This document shows positions 17,580-25,407 of a stretch of 51,277 nucleotides of DNA, one piece after another. The notes under the pieces were generated by a model. It searched no databases. It was not told the DNA's origin and saw only the letters and a program-made list of their open reading frames with translations. Made by a program: the position numbers and the translations under genes. Origin of the DNA: Candidatus Zixiibacteriota bacterium (lineage in GTDB: Bacteria; Zixibacteria; MSB-5A5; JAABVY01; JAHJOQ01); contig JAGVNY010000113.1 in the NCBI GenBank assembly GCA_020053015.1, forward strand, positions 1-51,277, in the 5' to 3' direction. Positions within the stretch are counted from its first letter, which is position 1; each line of letters starts with the position of its first letter.

Positions 17580-17850
17580 ATCCCGTGCTAAGTGGGGAGC
17601 TAGCGGTGCCCTGTTACCCGGAATCCGCTCTACCGGGACTGATGCCCACCTGAGGTCTGTCAGCGGCATGTGCGGTTCTGTTAAGTGGTGTTGACGATCA
17701 GGTCCCGTGCAACTCGAGGCGGCCAAACCCCGCCAGGTCCGGAAGGAAGCAACGGTAGGTACGTTTTCGGGTGTGATGCGGGGAAGCTTGATTTGAGCTA
17801 ACTGGCCGTGCCGTTCATGTTTGGCGGGATCGAAGGTGGGTGCACGGGTA
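17580..17850 (+). ncRNA. ffs: Signal recognition particle RNA, long (Bacillus-type) form with an Alu domain
   Basis: The domain IV motif CAGGTCCGGAAGGAAGCA is at 17734-17751. The 5' region GTGCTAAGTGGGGAGCTAGCGGTGCCCTGTTACCCGGAATCCGCTCTACCGGGA matches the Alu-domain 5' part of B. subtilis scRNA as I remember it. The 3' elements GAGCTAACTG and GAAGGTGGGTGCACGGG close the helix with CCCGTGC at 17582-17588. It sits in the conserved position immediately upstream of dnaX. The ends are approximate, to about 5 nt. Confidence 0.85.
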
Positions 17851-17871
17851 ATTCTAAGAGCTGAGCGCTGT

Positions 17872-19581
17872 ATGTCATATCTCGTACTCGCACGGAAGCT
17901 CCGTCCCCAGACATTTGATGAGATAGCCTCGCAGCAACACATCACCGACACCCTCAGGAAGGCTATCACCTCCGGCCGGATTTCGCACGCCTATCTCTTC
18001 TGCGGCACTCGAGGTACGGGAAAGACAACAACTGCGCGCGTGTTGGCCAAAGCGCTCAACTGCGAAAAAGGGCCGACAGCAGAGCCGTGCCTGCAATGCG
18101 TAAACTGCAAGGAGATCGCCACGTCGTCTTCAATGGATGTCATTGAGATCGACGCCGCCTCGAACACCGGCGTCGATTCAATCCGCGACTTGCGCGAGAA
18201 TGTCCGCTATGCGCCAGCCGGAAGCAGGTACAAAATATACATCATTGACGAAGTGCATCGTTTGTCGGGAGCCGCCTTCGACGCGCTGCTCAAAACTCTC
18301 GAGGAGCCGCCAGCGCACGTCGTCTTCATCTTTGCGACCACGGAGCCGCACAGTCTTCCCGCGACGATACTCTCGAGGACGCAGCGATACGACTTTCGTC
18401 GGATTCCCCTTGCCGATCTGATCGACAGTCTGACAACGGCAGCGCAGAAGGAGAACATCAGGATCAGCGACGATGCACTTGCACTCATCGCTCGCAAGGG
18501 AGATGGATCGTTAAGAGACGCTCTTTCCATCTTCGAACAGGCTCTGGCCTATGCTGACGATGGTATCACGGTCGAGTTGATCACCAGCGCGCTCGGTCTG
18601 GTGGACTTCGGAACCTTTTTCGAGCTGACTGAAGCCATTTACAAGCGCGATCTTCAGTCGGTGCTCGGTTTCGTCGACAAGCTCACCGAAAGTGGCGCAG
18701 ACATCGGTCAGTTCCTCGGTGATTTCCAGACGCATTTGAGGAATCTCCTCGTGACACGATCCGTTCCGCAACCGTCCCGTTTCCTTGAACTCTCTGACCA
18801 GCAAGTTGAGATGTGCCACATGCAGAAGGACTACTTCTCGGAGAGCGATCTACTCCGAATGTCTCAGGCAGTGTCACAACTCATGCAGCAGCTAAAGGAT
18901 GGCGCCGAACCGCGAACATTTCTGGAACTGACGCTTCTGAAACTCGCGACCGCCGACACCACAGCAACCCTACAGCAAGTGCTGACGAAGCTGTCGGCAC
19001 TGACTACCCAATCAAAGTCAGCAGTGGTCGCACCTGCAGTCGACCTATTCAGCGCAAAACCGGCGGAACCCTCTCCTCCCTCTGAAAAAAAAACTCCAGT
19101 GAGCAACCCCGAAACCAAGACGCTGACTGAGGCGGAGGCAGCCCAGATTGTACCGAATCCCACTATCGACTCAACTTCGCCCAGAAGCGCAACTTGGGAG
19201 GGATTCCTGGAAAGCTATAATCACGTCAACGGCCTTCTCTCGACCATGCTTCGGAAAGGGAAAGCGAAGTTCACCGGCGAAAACACGCTCCAGTTGATAT
19301 TTCCTCCTGACGTCGGAATCAGCGCTGTCCTGACAGCCGACAAACTAAAGCAACTTGAGAATGCTATGGAAAGTCACTTCAGTAAGCCACTGAGACTGAA
19401 GATTGAGACAGACAAGAACATGAAGGCCACAAGATCCCGAACCTCTCTTGATCCTCGATTCGACGTAACGCCGGAGGATCTTCTTGCACAGAACCCTGAC
19501 ATCAAGGATATTGTTGATAGATACGATGGCAAGATCCTGAGCATTAAGAAAGTCAACTCGAGAGGAGCGGGAGATGGGTAA
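17872..19581 (+). CDS. dnaX: DNA polymerase III subunit tau/gamma
   Basis: MSYLVLARKLRPQTFDEI...HAYLFCGTRGTGKTTTARVLAKALNCE...CLQCVNC...IYIIDEVHRLS shows the AAA+ clamp-loader motifs and zinc module. The start is set at the ATG at 17872 because the ORF-track start at 17821 would overlap the SRP RNA. Confidence 0.95.
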   Translation: MSYLVLARKLRPQTFDEIASQQHITDTLRKAITSGRISHAYLFCGTRGTGKTTTARVLAKALNCEKGPTAEPCLQCVNCKEIATSSSMDVIEIDAASNTGVDSIRDLRENVRYAPAGSRYKIYIIDEVHRLSGAAFDALLKTLEEPPAHVVFIFATTEPHSLPATILSRTQRYDFRRIPLADLIDSLTTAAQKENIRISDDALALIARKGDGSLRDALSIFEQALAYADDGITVELITSALGLVDFGTFFELTEAIYKRDLQSVLGFVDKLTESGADIGQFLGDFQTHLRNLLVTRSVPQPSRFLELSDQQVEMCHMQKDYFSESDLLRMSQAVSQLMQQLKDGAEPRTFLELTLLKLATADTTATLQQVLTKLSALTTQSKSAVVAPAVDLFSAKPAEPSPPSEKKTPVSNPETKTLTEAEAAQIVPNPTIDSTSPRSATWEGFLESYNHVNGLLSTMLRKGKAKFTGENTLQLIFPPDVGISAVLTADKLKQLENAMESHFSKPLRLKIETDKNMKATRSRTSLDPRFDVTPEDLLAQNPDIKDIVDRYDGKILSIKKVNSRGAGDG

Positions 19582-19891
19582 GGGCATTGGCGATATTATG
19601 AAGCAAGTCCAGAAAATGCAGGCCAGAATGGAAGAGATACAGACGGAGCTTGAGACAGAGCACATCGAAGGCACGTCGGGCGGAGGTATGGTTAAGGCGG
19701 TCGTAAACGGACGTCAGGAGATCGTTGAGATCAAAATCGACAAAGAGGTCGTGAACCCTGACGATATCGAGATGCTTGAAGATCTGATCGTAGCAGCAAT
19801 CAACCAAGCACAGGAAAAGGCTCAGGAGCTGGCAACAGAGAGGATGGCGGAGCTGACGGGAGGAATGAAGCTCCCTGGTCTGCCGTTTTAG
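19574..19891 (+). CDS. ybaB: YbaB/EbfC nucleoid-associated protein
   Basis: The 105-aa sequence contains MKQVQKMQARMEEIQTELE...GGGMVKAVVNGRQEIVEIKIDKEVV. It overlaps the dnaX end by 8 nt, in the conserved dnaX-ybaB-recR order. Confidence 0.95.
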   Translation: MGKGIGDIMKQVQKMQARMEEIQTELETEHIEGTSGGGMVKAVVNGRQEIVEIKIDKEVVNPDDIEMLEDLIVAAINQAQEKAQELATERMAELTGGMKLPGLPF

Positions 19892-19894
19892 CGC

Positions 19895-20491
19895 ATGTTC
19901 AAATCCGCACAATCAGTCGAGCGGCTCATTGCGGAGCTGACACGGCTTCCCGGAATCGGAAGGAAAACTGCTCAGCGCCTCACTTTCTGGATTCTCAAGA
20001 TGAAGAAAGACGATGCCGCAAGGCTCGCACAGGCGATTCTCGACGTCAAAGAGAAGGTCCGCAGATGCTCGATTTGTTCGAACATTACGGAGACCGAGCC
20101 CTGCCATATCTGCTTGGATTCCAAACGCGATCGAACGACAGTGTGTGTGGTGGAGGAAGCGAACGACGTGCTCGCACTTGAAAAGAGCGGCGAGTACAGG
20201 GGTCTCTATCACGTGCTGGAAGGAGCCTTATCACCGCTCGACGGTATCGGTCCCGAGAAGCTTCGTTTCAAGGAACTGGTCGATCGCATCGGCTCCGGCG
20301 TCAAAGAAGTCATCATCGCGACAAATCCCAATGTGGAAGGCGAGGCGACTGCGGTCTACATTTCGAAGCTGATGAAGCCGCTTCGCGTCAAAGTCACCCG
20401 CATTGCAAGAGGTCTCCCCGTTGGCAGCGATCTGGAGTATGCAGACCAAAGCACGCTCTCAAAGGCGCTTCAAGGAAGACAAGAGTTCTAA
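19895..20491 (+). CDS. recR: Recombination protein RecR
   Basis: It has the HhH segment ([12 protein letters not shown]), the C4 zinc finger [16 protein letters not shown] and a Toprim domain ([14 protein letters not shown]). Confidence 0.95.
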   Translation: MFKSAQSVERLIAELTRLPGIGRKTAQRLTFWILKMKKDDAARLAQAILDVKEKVRRCSICSNITETEPCHICLDSKRDRTTVCVVEEANDVLALEKSGEYRGLYHVLEGALSPLDGIGPEKLRFKELVDRIGSGVKEVIIATNPNVEGEATAVYISKLMKPLRVKVTRIARGLPVGSDLEYADQSTLSKALQGRQEF

Positions 20492-20652
20492 AGTGCGAAA
20501 GCTCACCTTTAAGCATAGCGGAGAGCAGCCTAAGGTGAACGGACGCGAAGCCCCGATTCCGCCAATCGAGGAGCTCGTTCGGCTGCGCCGCGAAGTAGCT
20601 CTAACCCACGAAGGTCATTCACGGCGATCCTGAACTACAAGATCGCATCATT

Positions 20653-21966
20653 TCAGACTGCTTGATACACCACCCTTCCGTTGACAACGGTCATGATAGC
20701 TCGTCCGGTAAGGCGCTTGCCGTTGTATGGGCTGTTGCGCGACTTTGACCTGAATTTGTCGACGTTTACTTTCCAGACAGCCTCTGGATCGATAACCGTG
20801 ATGTCGGCAGGAGAGCCCTTCTTCAGCCGTCCGCCATCCAATCCCATGATTCTGGCAGGGTTCGTTGACATCCGCTCCACAAGGTCACTCCAGCTCAGAA
20901 GACCCGGTTTGACAAGATGCGTGATCGCGAGACCGAGAGACGTCTCAAGTCCGATTATCCCGTTGGGAGCGAGATCGAACTCAACGTCTTTGTCCTCAGT
21001 CGAATGCGGCGCATGATCACAGGCTATGCAATCCAGCGTTCCATCCTGCAATCCTGCAATCACAGATTCAACATCCTTCTTTGTCCGCAAGGGAGGATTC
21101 ATCTTGAGATTTGTATCGAATCGCTCTGCGATCAGGTCGTCAGTCAGCGTGAAGTGATGCGGCGTTGCCTCGGCAGTGACATTCACTCCGTTCCTTTTGG
21201 CGTAGCGAATCAACTCAACCGCGCCTTTGGTTGAGACATGGGCGACATGCAGGCGCGAGGCCGTGTAGTCAGCGAGCAGTATGTCTCTTGCAATGCAGAT
21301 CTCTTCCGATATGGGAGGGTTGCCTTTGATCCCAAGCGTTGTCGATACGTACCCTTCGTTCATGTGTGTACCGGCCGATAGTGACATGTCCTCGGCATGC
21401 GACACCACCGGTATGTCAAACATCTTCGCGTATGCGAGCGCTCTGCGCATCACCGCAGCGCTCTCCACCGGAGAACCATCGTCAGAAATCGCTACCGCTC
21501 CGGCCGCCACGAGATCGCCGATCTCGGCCAGTTGCTGTCCCGACCGTCCTTTTGTGATCGCTCCGATCGGGTAGACCTTGACAGACGCATCGGCGGCACG
21601 ATCGAGCACGAAGCGTACAGTCTCCTGATTATCAATCGGAGGCGTGGTGTTCGGCATACAGCAGACCGCGGTGAATCCGCCCGCGGCAGCCGCGAGCGCT
21701 CCCGAAGCCACCGTCTCCACACTCTCTCTGCCCGGCTCTCGCAGATGCACGTGGAGGTCGATCAGTCCGGGTGTCACGATGAATCCTTCGGCCCAGAAGC
21801 ACTCTCCCGACTCATAGCTCTTCATGTCCTTCTTGGAGAAGAGTGATCCTGTCTCGATCTTCGCGATCTTGCTGTCCTCGATGTACACGTCCGCCCTGCA
21901 GTCGACTCCGGACATCGGATCTATCACCCGACCACCTGCTATGACTTTGAGGTGCGATTTACTCAT
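20653..21966 (-). CDS. pyrC: Dihydroorotase
   Basis: It has the DLHVHLREPG metal-binding motif and an amidohydrolase fold. It overlaps pyrB by 8 nt. Confidence 0.9.
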   Translation of the reverse strand: MSKSHLKVIAGGRVIDPMSGVDCRADVYIEDSKIAKIETGSLFSKKDMKSYESGECFWAEGFIVTPGLIDLHVHLREPGRESVETVASGALAAAAGGFTAVCCMPNTTPPIDNQETVRFVLDRAADASVKVYPIGAITKGRSGQQLAEIGDLVAAGAVAISDDGSPVESAAVMRRALAYAKMFDIPVVSHAEDMSLSAGTHMNEGYVSTTLGIKGNPPISEEICIARDILLADYTASRLHVAHVSTKGAVELIRYAKRNGVNVTAEATPHHFTLTDDLIAERFDTNLKMNPPLRTKKDVESVIAGLQDGTLDCIACDHAPHSTEDKDVEFDLAPNGIIGLETSLGLAITHLVKPGLLSWSDLVERMSTNPARIMGLDGGRLKKGSPADITVIDPEAVWKVNVDKFRSKSRNSPYNGKRLTGRAIMTVVNGRVVYQAV

Positions 21967-22894
21967 CTTCTTTGCTCCCTCCTCCCTTAATCAGATACAG
22001 CACCGCCATGCGCACTGCTACTCCGTTGGTGACCTGATCGAGAATCACGGAATCATCTCCGTCTGCCACGTCAGACGCTATCTCCACCCCCCGGTTCATC
22101 GGTCCGGGGTGCATCACGATGTGATTCCTGTTGAGCAGCCGTTTGCGCTCCGATGTAATCCCGAAGAGGTTAGTGTACTCGCGCAACGACGGAAGCAGCC
22201 CTGACTGCTGGCGTTCAAGCTGAAGCCGAAGCACGTTGACCACATCTGCACCGTCAAGAGCGCGGCTGATATCGCAGTAAACATCTACTCCCATCTTCTC
22301 GACTTCCACAGGCAGAAGGGTTGTGGGCCCACAGATGGCAACCGACGCGCCCATGGTTTTCAGTCCCCAGATATTCGACCGTGCGACGCGCGAGTGGAGA
22401 ATATCTCCGACTATGACCACCCTAAGACCATCCAGCTTGCCGAAGTGCTGGCGGATCGACAACATATCCAGTAACGCCTGTGTAGGGTGCTCGTGAGACC
22501 CGTCACCTGCGTTTATAACCTGCGATGAGGAAAACTCGGTCAGAAATTTTGGAGCGCCGGAGCATGCATGTCGCATCACGATCATGTCGACTTTCATCGC
22601 CTCGATATTGCGTACCGTATCCTTGAATGTCTCTCCTTTGGACACCGATGACCCGGAGGTCGTGAAATTGAGCAGATCAGCGGAGAGTCTCTTCGCCGCA
22701 AGCTCGAATGATATGCGGGTGCGCGTCGAAGCTTCATAGAAGAGGTTTACCACCGTGACGCCGCGCAGTGTCGGGACTTTCTTAATTGGTCGGTCGAGTA
22801 CTTCGCGGAAACTGTCGGCGGCATTGAGAATGGTGTCAATGTCCTCACGGCTTACGCCTTCCAGCCCAAGCAAGTGTTTCAATCCAAAAGCCAT
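21959..22894 (-). CDS. pyrB: Aspartate carbamoyltransferase catalytic subunit
   Basis: It has the FYEASTRTRISFE carbamoyl-phosphate motif, HEHPTQALLD and the HPGPMNRGVEI motif. Confidence 0.95.
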   Translation of the reverse strand: MAFGLKHLLGLEGVSREDIDTILNAADSFREVLDRPIKKVPTLRGVTVVNLFYEASTRTRISFELAAKRLSADLLNFTTSGSSVSKGETFKDTVRNIEAMKVDMIVMRHACSGAPKFLTEFSSSQVINAGDGSHEHPTQALLDMLSIRQHFGKLDGLRVVIVGDILHSRVARSNIWGLKTMGASVAICGPTTLLPVEVEKMGVDVYCDISRALDGADVVNVLRLQLERQQSGLLPSLREYTNLFGITSERKRLLNRNHIVMHPGPMNRGVEIASDVADGDDSVILDQVTNGVAVRMAVLYLIKGGGSKEDE

Positions 22895-22901
22895 CTGTCC
22901 C

Positions 22902-23495
22902 TCACTTTCTCTTCTTCGTTGTCTTGCGAGTTGACGTCTTGGCCTTGGTCTGTACTGTTACCTGATGAAGCTCCACCGAGTCGTGTTCGTCGGTTTCCTT
23001 AAGACGCACGACAACCTCATCATCAGGTGAGGTGGGAATGTTCTTTCCGACATAGTCGGCTTTGATCGGAAGCTCGCGGTGGCCGCGGTCGACGAGCACG
23101 GCGAGCTGAATTGCGCGAGGACGACCGAAGTCGGTGAGCTGATCGAGAGCGGCACGGATCGTGCGACCGGTGAACAGCACGTCATCGACAAGCACCACCA
23201 CCTTGTTGTCGACGGGGAAGAGAATCTCGGTCTGGTGTACCTCCGGCTGTGCGAGACGCGAGTGGACGTCGTCGCGGTAGAAGGTGATGTCCATATAGCC
23301 GACTGGCACGCGGACTCCCTCGACTTTCTGGATATTGTCCGCAATTCGATCGGCGAGATGATCGCCGCGCGTGCGTATGCCGATGATCACGAGGTCATCG
23401 GCGCCAGAGTTTCGCTCGACGATTTCGTGTGCAATGCGCATGAGCGCATGCTGCACCTTCTTGTCATCGAGCATCTGCGTCACACCTGCAGTCAA
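22902..23495 (-). CDS. pyrR: PyrR, the bifunctional pyrimidine operon regulator / uracil phosphoribosyltransferase
   Basis: It has the PRPP-binding motif VVVLVDDVLFTGRTIRAAL and the N-terminal segment ALMRIAHEIVERN. The TTG start at 23495 follows AAAGGAGG; the ATG at 23474 is an alternative. There is an unusual Lys/Thr-rich C-terminal tail, TVQTKAKTSTRKTTKKRK. Confidence 0.9.
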   Translation of the reverse strand: MTAGVTQMLDDKKVQHALMRIAHEIVERNSGADDLVIIGIRTRGDHLADRIADNIQKVEGVRVPVGYMDITFYRDDVHSRLAQPEVHQTEILFPVDNKVVVLVDDVLFTGRTIRAALDQLTDFGRPRAIQLAVLVDRGHRELPIKADYVGKNIPTSPDDEVVVRLKETDEHDSVELHQVTVQTKAKTSTRKTTKKRK

Positions 23496-23526
23496 GTGTC
23501 CTCCTTTCGATAGATGTTACTATCCA

Positions 23527-23953
23527 ATGTCATTCCGGCCCCGCATCGGGGTGCGGGGTAAACTCCAGCCGGAACCCAGTAGGTCGAAACCCTTATGGTT
23601 TCGACACTGCGACCGAAGGTCGCAGTGCAGGATCGTAGGTCAGGAGCCCTGTGCTCCTGACGCGCACCGAAGGTGCGAACAAATAGTCCGAACCACAGGG
23701 GTTCGGACCTACGAGCCGTGAAACTTGCGTGACGTGTCATTCCCGCGAAAGGGAGTGTTGAAAAACCTTGTAGGTCGGCTTCCGAGCGCGACCGAAGGTC
23801 GGGAGAGAAAGCCGACAAGCTGTTGTCGGGTTTCTCGTTCCGCTTCGCGGCACTCGGAACCCGACCTACGAAGAATGTCTCTCTCCGGGGTTTTTCAACA
23901 GTCCCGAAAGCGGGAATCCAGTGGATCGAAACCCTTGTGGCTTCGACAGTGCC
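23527..23953. repeat. Array of GC-rich palindromic repeats (REP/BIME-like) filling the pyrR-upstream spacer
   Basis: There are at least 9 stem-loops. GTAG-headed palindromes lie at 23579-23605(+), 23635-23661(+), 23770-23816(+), 23686-23712(-) and 23825-23869(-). GAA-loop hairpins lie at about 23606-23626 and 23662-23676. GTCATTCC modules lie at 23527-23580, at about 23736 and at about 23903-23921. The span has no credible ORF. Confidence 0.85.
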
Positions 23954-23964
23954 TTCAGACAGAT

Positions 23965-23996
23965 ATGAAAATCTCCCGGCACGGATCGTGCGGGAG
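23965..23996 (-). terminator. Rho-independent-type terminator downstream of the alpha/beta hydrolase gene
   Basis: The minus strand reads ctcccgcac-gatcc-gtgccgggag followed by ATTTTCAT. The stem is about 9 bp with one bulge, and it lies about 150 nt after the stop at 24150. Confidence 0.45.
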
Positions 23997-24149
23997 TTGT
24001 ATAAGCGGACTATCATTCTCATCACCTTTCCGGCCTCACCGGACCGGACTTAAAGGTTGCTACAAGCCAATAAACATGTCGGCAGAAGTCTGTCAAGCAG
24101 AATGTCGGAGGAAGGGGTGACGAGTCCGAACCACACTGGTCTTTATCTA

Positions 24150-25295
24150 CTAAGACACTCTCTCAATCCACTTGACCATTACATCAAGCGCCAGACCTAT
24201 ATTGCCGTTCTGGCAATGATTCTGAGCATGTTCCTCCCGCGTGAATACCCGCCCCGTCACCGATCTCGCATTAGTCAGAGCTCTAAGCTGCATATCGTGC
24301 ATCTTGAACGGAATAAAATGGTCTTCTCGTGAGGTTAGCAGCAGGACATCCTGTTTGACAAACTCGGAGTGAATATTCCGCTCGTTCATCAGTATGTATA
24401 TCTCCAATGCATCCATTGGGCTTTTCTTCTTGGTGATATACATCAGATGTTCCATCATCCACGACGGAATACCCTCACGCCGCAGCTTCATCATTGCCAT
24501 TCGATCCATGAAATCCTTGAAGTGCTCGAAGAACCAAAGATGCAACTTCCGGAACACGAAATTCATGCACTTCATATAGTCGATGGCGTGGCCCGAGGCT
24601 ATCACTCGCTTTATTCGTGGCTCGAACGCTGCCGCCCTCAAAGCGAACCAGCCACCCATTGACAGACCGATGAGCGTGCAATCGTCCAGACGGAAGTGAT
24701 CCAGCACGGCTCGTGTCGGCTTCTCCCATTCGTAAGTCAGTGGCAGTTCGTACTCCCTCAAGGCTGCGCCTTGTCCAGGACCTTCGAATCCGATAACCTC
24801 ATACCCTCGATCTGAAAAGAACCGCATCATGGAATACCATTCCTCAACAAAGGAATCGAAGCCGCCATGCAGGACGATTACTCCTTTTCCCTCCGATGCA
24901 GCCGGAATCCGTATTGCCGGCAGTAAGGCTCCAGCGTACGGAATTCTGTGCCTTTCGAACCCGTCACTTCCAAAGACTTCGTAGAATAGCTCGACGAATT
25001 TGTCATACAGAAGTTCTTTGTCAGGATCACTTGCCGAAGTATAGAATTCGGCGGCGCGATAGTAGAACGCCGCATTCATCAATCTATTTTCCGCAACCGC
25101 CCGCTCCGCGAGATCCATCATCTCCGACTTCCATTCCCCGAAATTCGTTATCTTCCTCCCCGCATCCTGCATGTCCTCGAATCTCGCATAACCCAGCGCA
25201 TGCCATCGGTTCAACTGGAAATTGAAAAGCTGGTTTTTGTGAAACTTGTGGTATCCAATTGGAAATTCGAACTGCCGCATTGGGCTTCCTCTCAC
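24150..25295 (-). CDS. Alpha/beta-fold hydrolase
   Basis: It has the nucleophile elbow GLSMGGWFA (GxSxG) and an HGGFDS oxyanion region. It is 381 aa and the substrate is unknown. Confidence 0.7.
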   Translation of the reverse strand: MRGSPMRQFEFPIGYHKFHKNQLFNFQLNRWHALGYARFEDMQDAGRKITNFGEWKSEMMDLAERAVAENRLMNAAFYYRAAEFYTSASDPDKELLYDKFVELFYEVFGSDGFERHRIPYAGALLPAIRIPAASEGKGVIVLHGGFDSFVEEWYSMMRFFSDRGYEVIGFEGPGQGAALREYELPLTYEWEKPTRAVLDHFRLDDCTLIGLSMGGWFALRAAAFEPRIKRVIASGHAIDYMKCMNFVFRKLHLWFFEHFKDFMDRMAMMKLRREGIPSWMMEHLMYITKKKSPMDALEIYILMNERNIHSEFVKQDVLLLTSREDHFIPFKMHDMQLRALTNARSVTGRVFTREEHAQNHCQNGNIGLALDVMVKWIERVS

Positions 25296-25315
25296 CTACG
25301 TCGTTTCCGTATCGC

Positions 25316-25390
25316 AGATCAGAAGCCCCGCGCTCCTGACGCGCGCCGAAAACGCATTGGAGAGTCCGAACCGCAGGGGTTCGGACCTAC
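25316..25390. repeat. REP-like repeat copy between the transporter and hydrolase genes
   Basis: agaagccccgcgctcctgacgcgcgccgaaaacgc... followed by gtccgaaccgcaggggttcggacctac (25364-25390, GTAG head on the minus strand). It parallels 23641-23712. Confidence 0.8.
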
Positions 25391-25407
25391 AAGACTAAAT
25401 GCGAACT

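Noticed and set aside
17576-17581. A perfect TATAAT immediately upstream of the SRP RNA as its -10 box
   Set aside because: Initiation about 7 nt downstream would remove the CCCGTGC strand needed to close the 5'/3' helix of the RNA, and there is no acceptable -35 at a 16-18 nt spacing.
17523-17969. A 148-aa minus-strand ORF, and the extended dnaX start at 17821
   Set aside because: Both overlap the SRP RNA gene (17580-17850). The RNA explains the sequence conservation far better, and dnaX has a family-typical N-terminus from the ATG at 17872.
20493-20633. A 46-aa ORF just after recR (VRKLTFKHSGEQPKVNGREAPIPPIEELVRLRREVALTHEGHSRRS)
   Set aside because: It has a GTG start with no Shine-Dalgarno sequence, directly abuts the recR stop, and contains no recognisable domain. 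It may be a gene remnant, but I cannot support it from sequence alone.
23877-23890. A PyrR-binding loop (minus strand CCCCGGAGAGAGAC against the consensus UCCAGAGAGGCU)
   Set aside because: Only about 7 of 9 core positions match. It lies about 385 nt from pyrR inside a DNA-level palindrome whose mirror arm lacks it. It is more likely a chance feature of the repeat, so I mention it only as a low-probability lead in the pyr leader finding.
23527-23953. Possible CRISPR array, given the many short repeats in a non-coding stretch
   Set aside because: The repeats are individually palindromic, differ in sequence and orientation, are not separated by spacers of constant length, and recur singly at other loci. 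No cas genes are present. A REP/BIME-like interpretation fits better.
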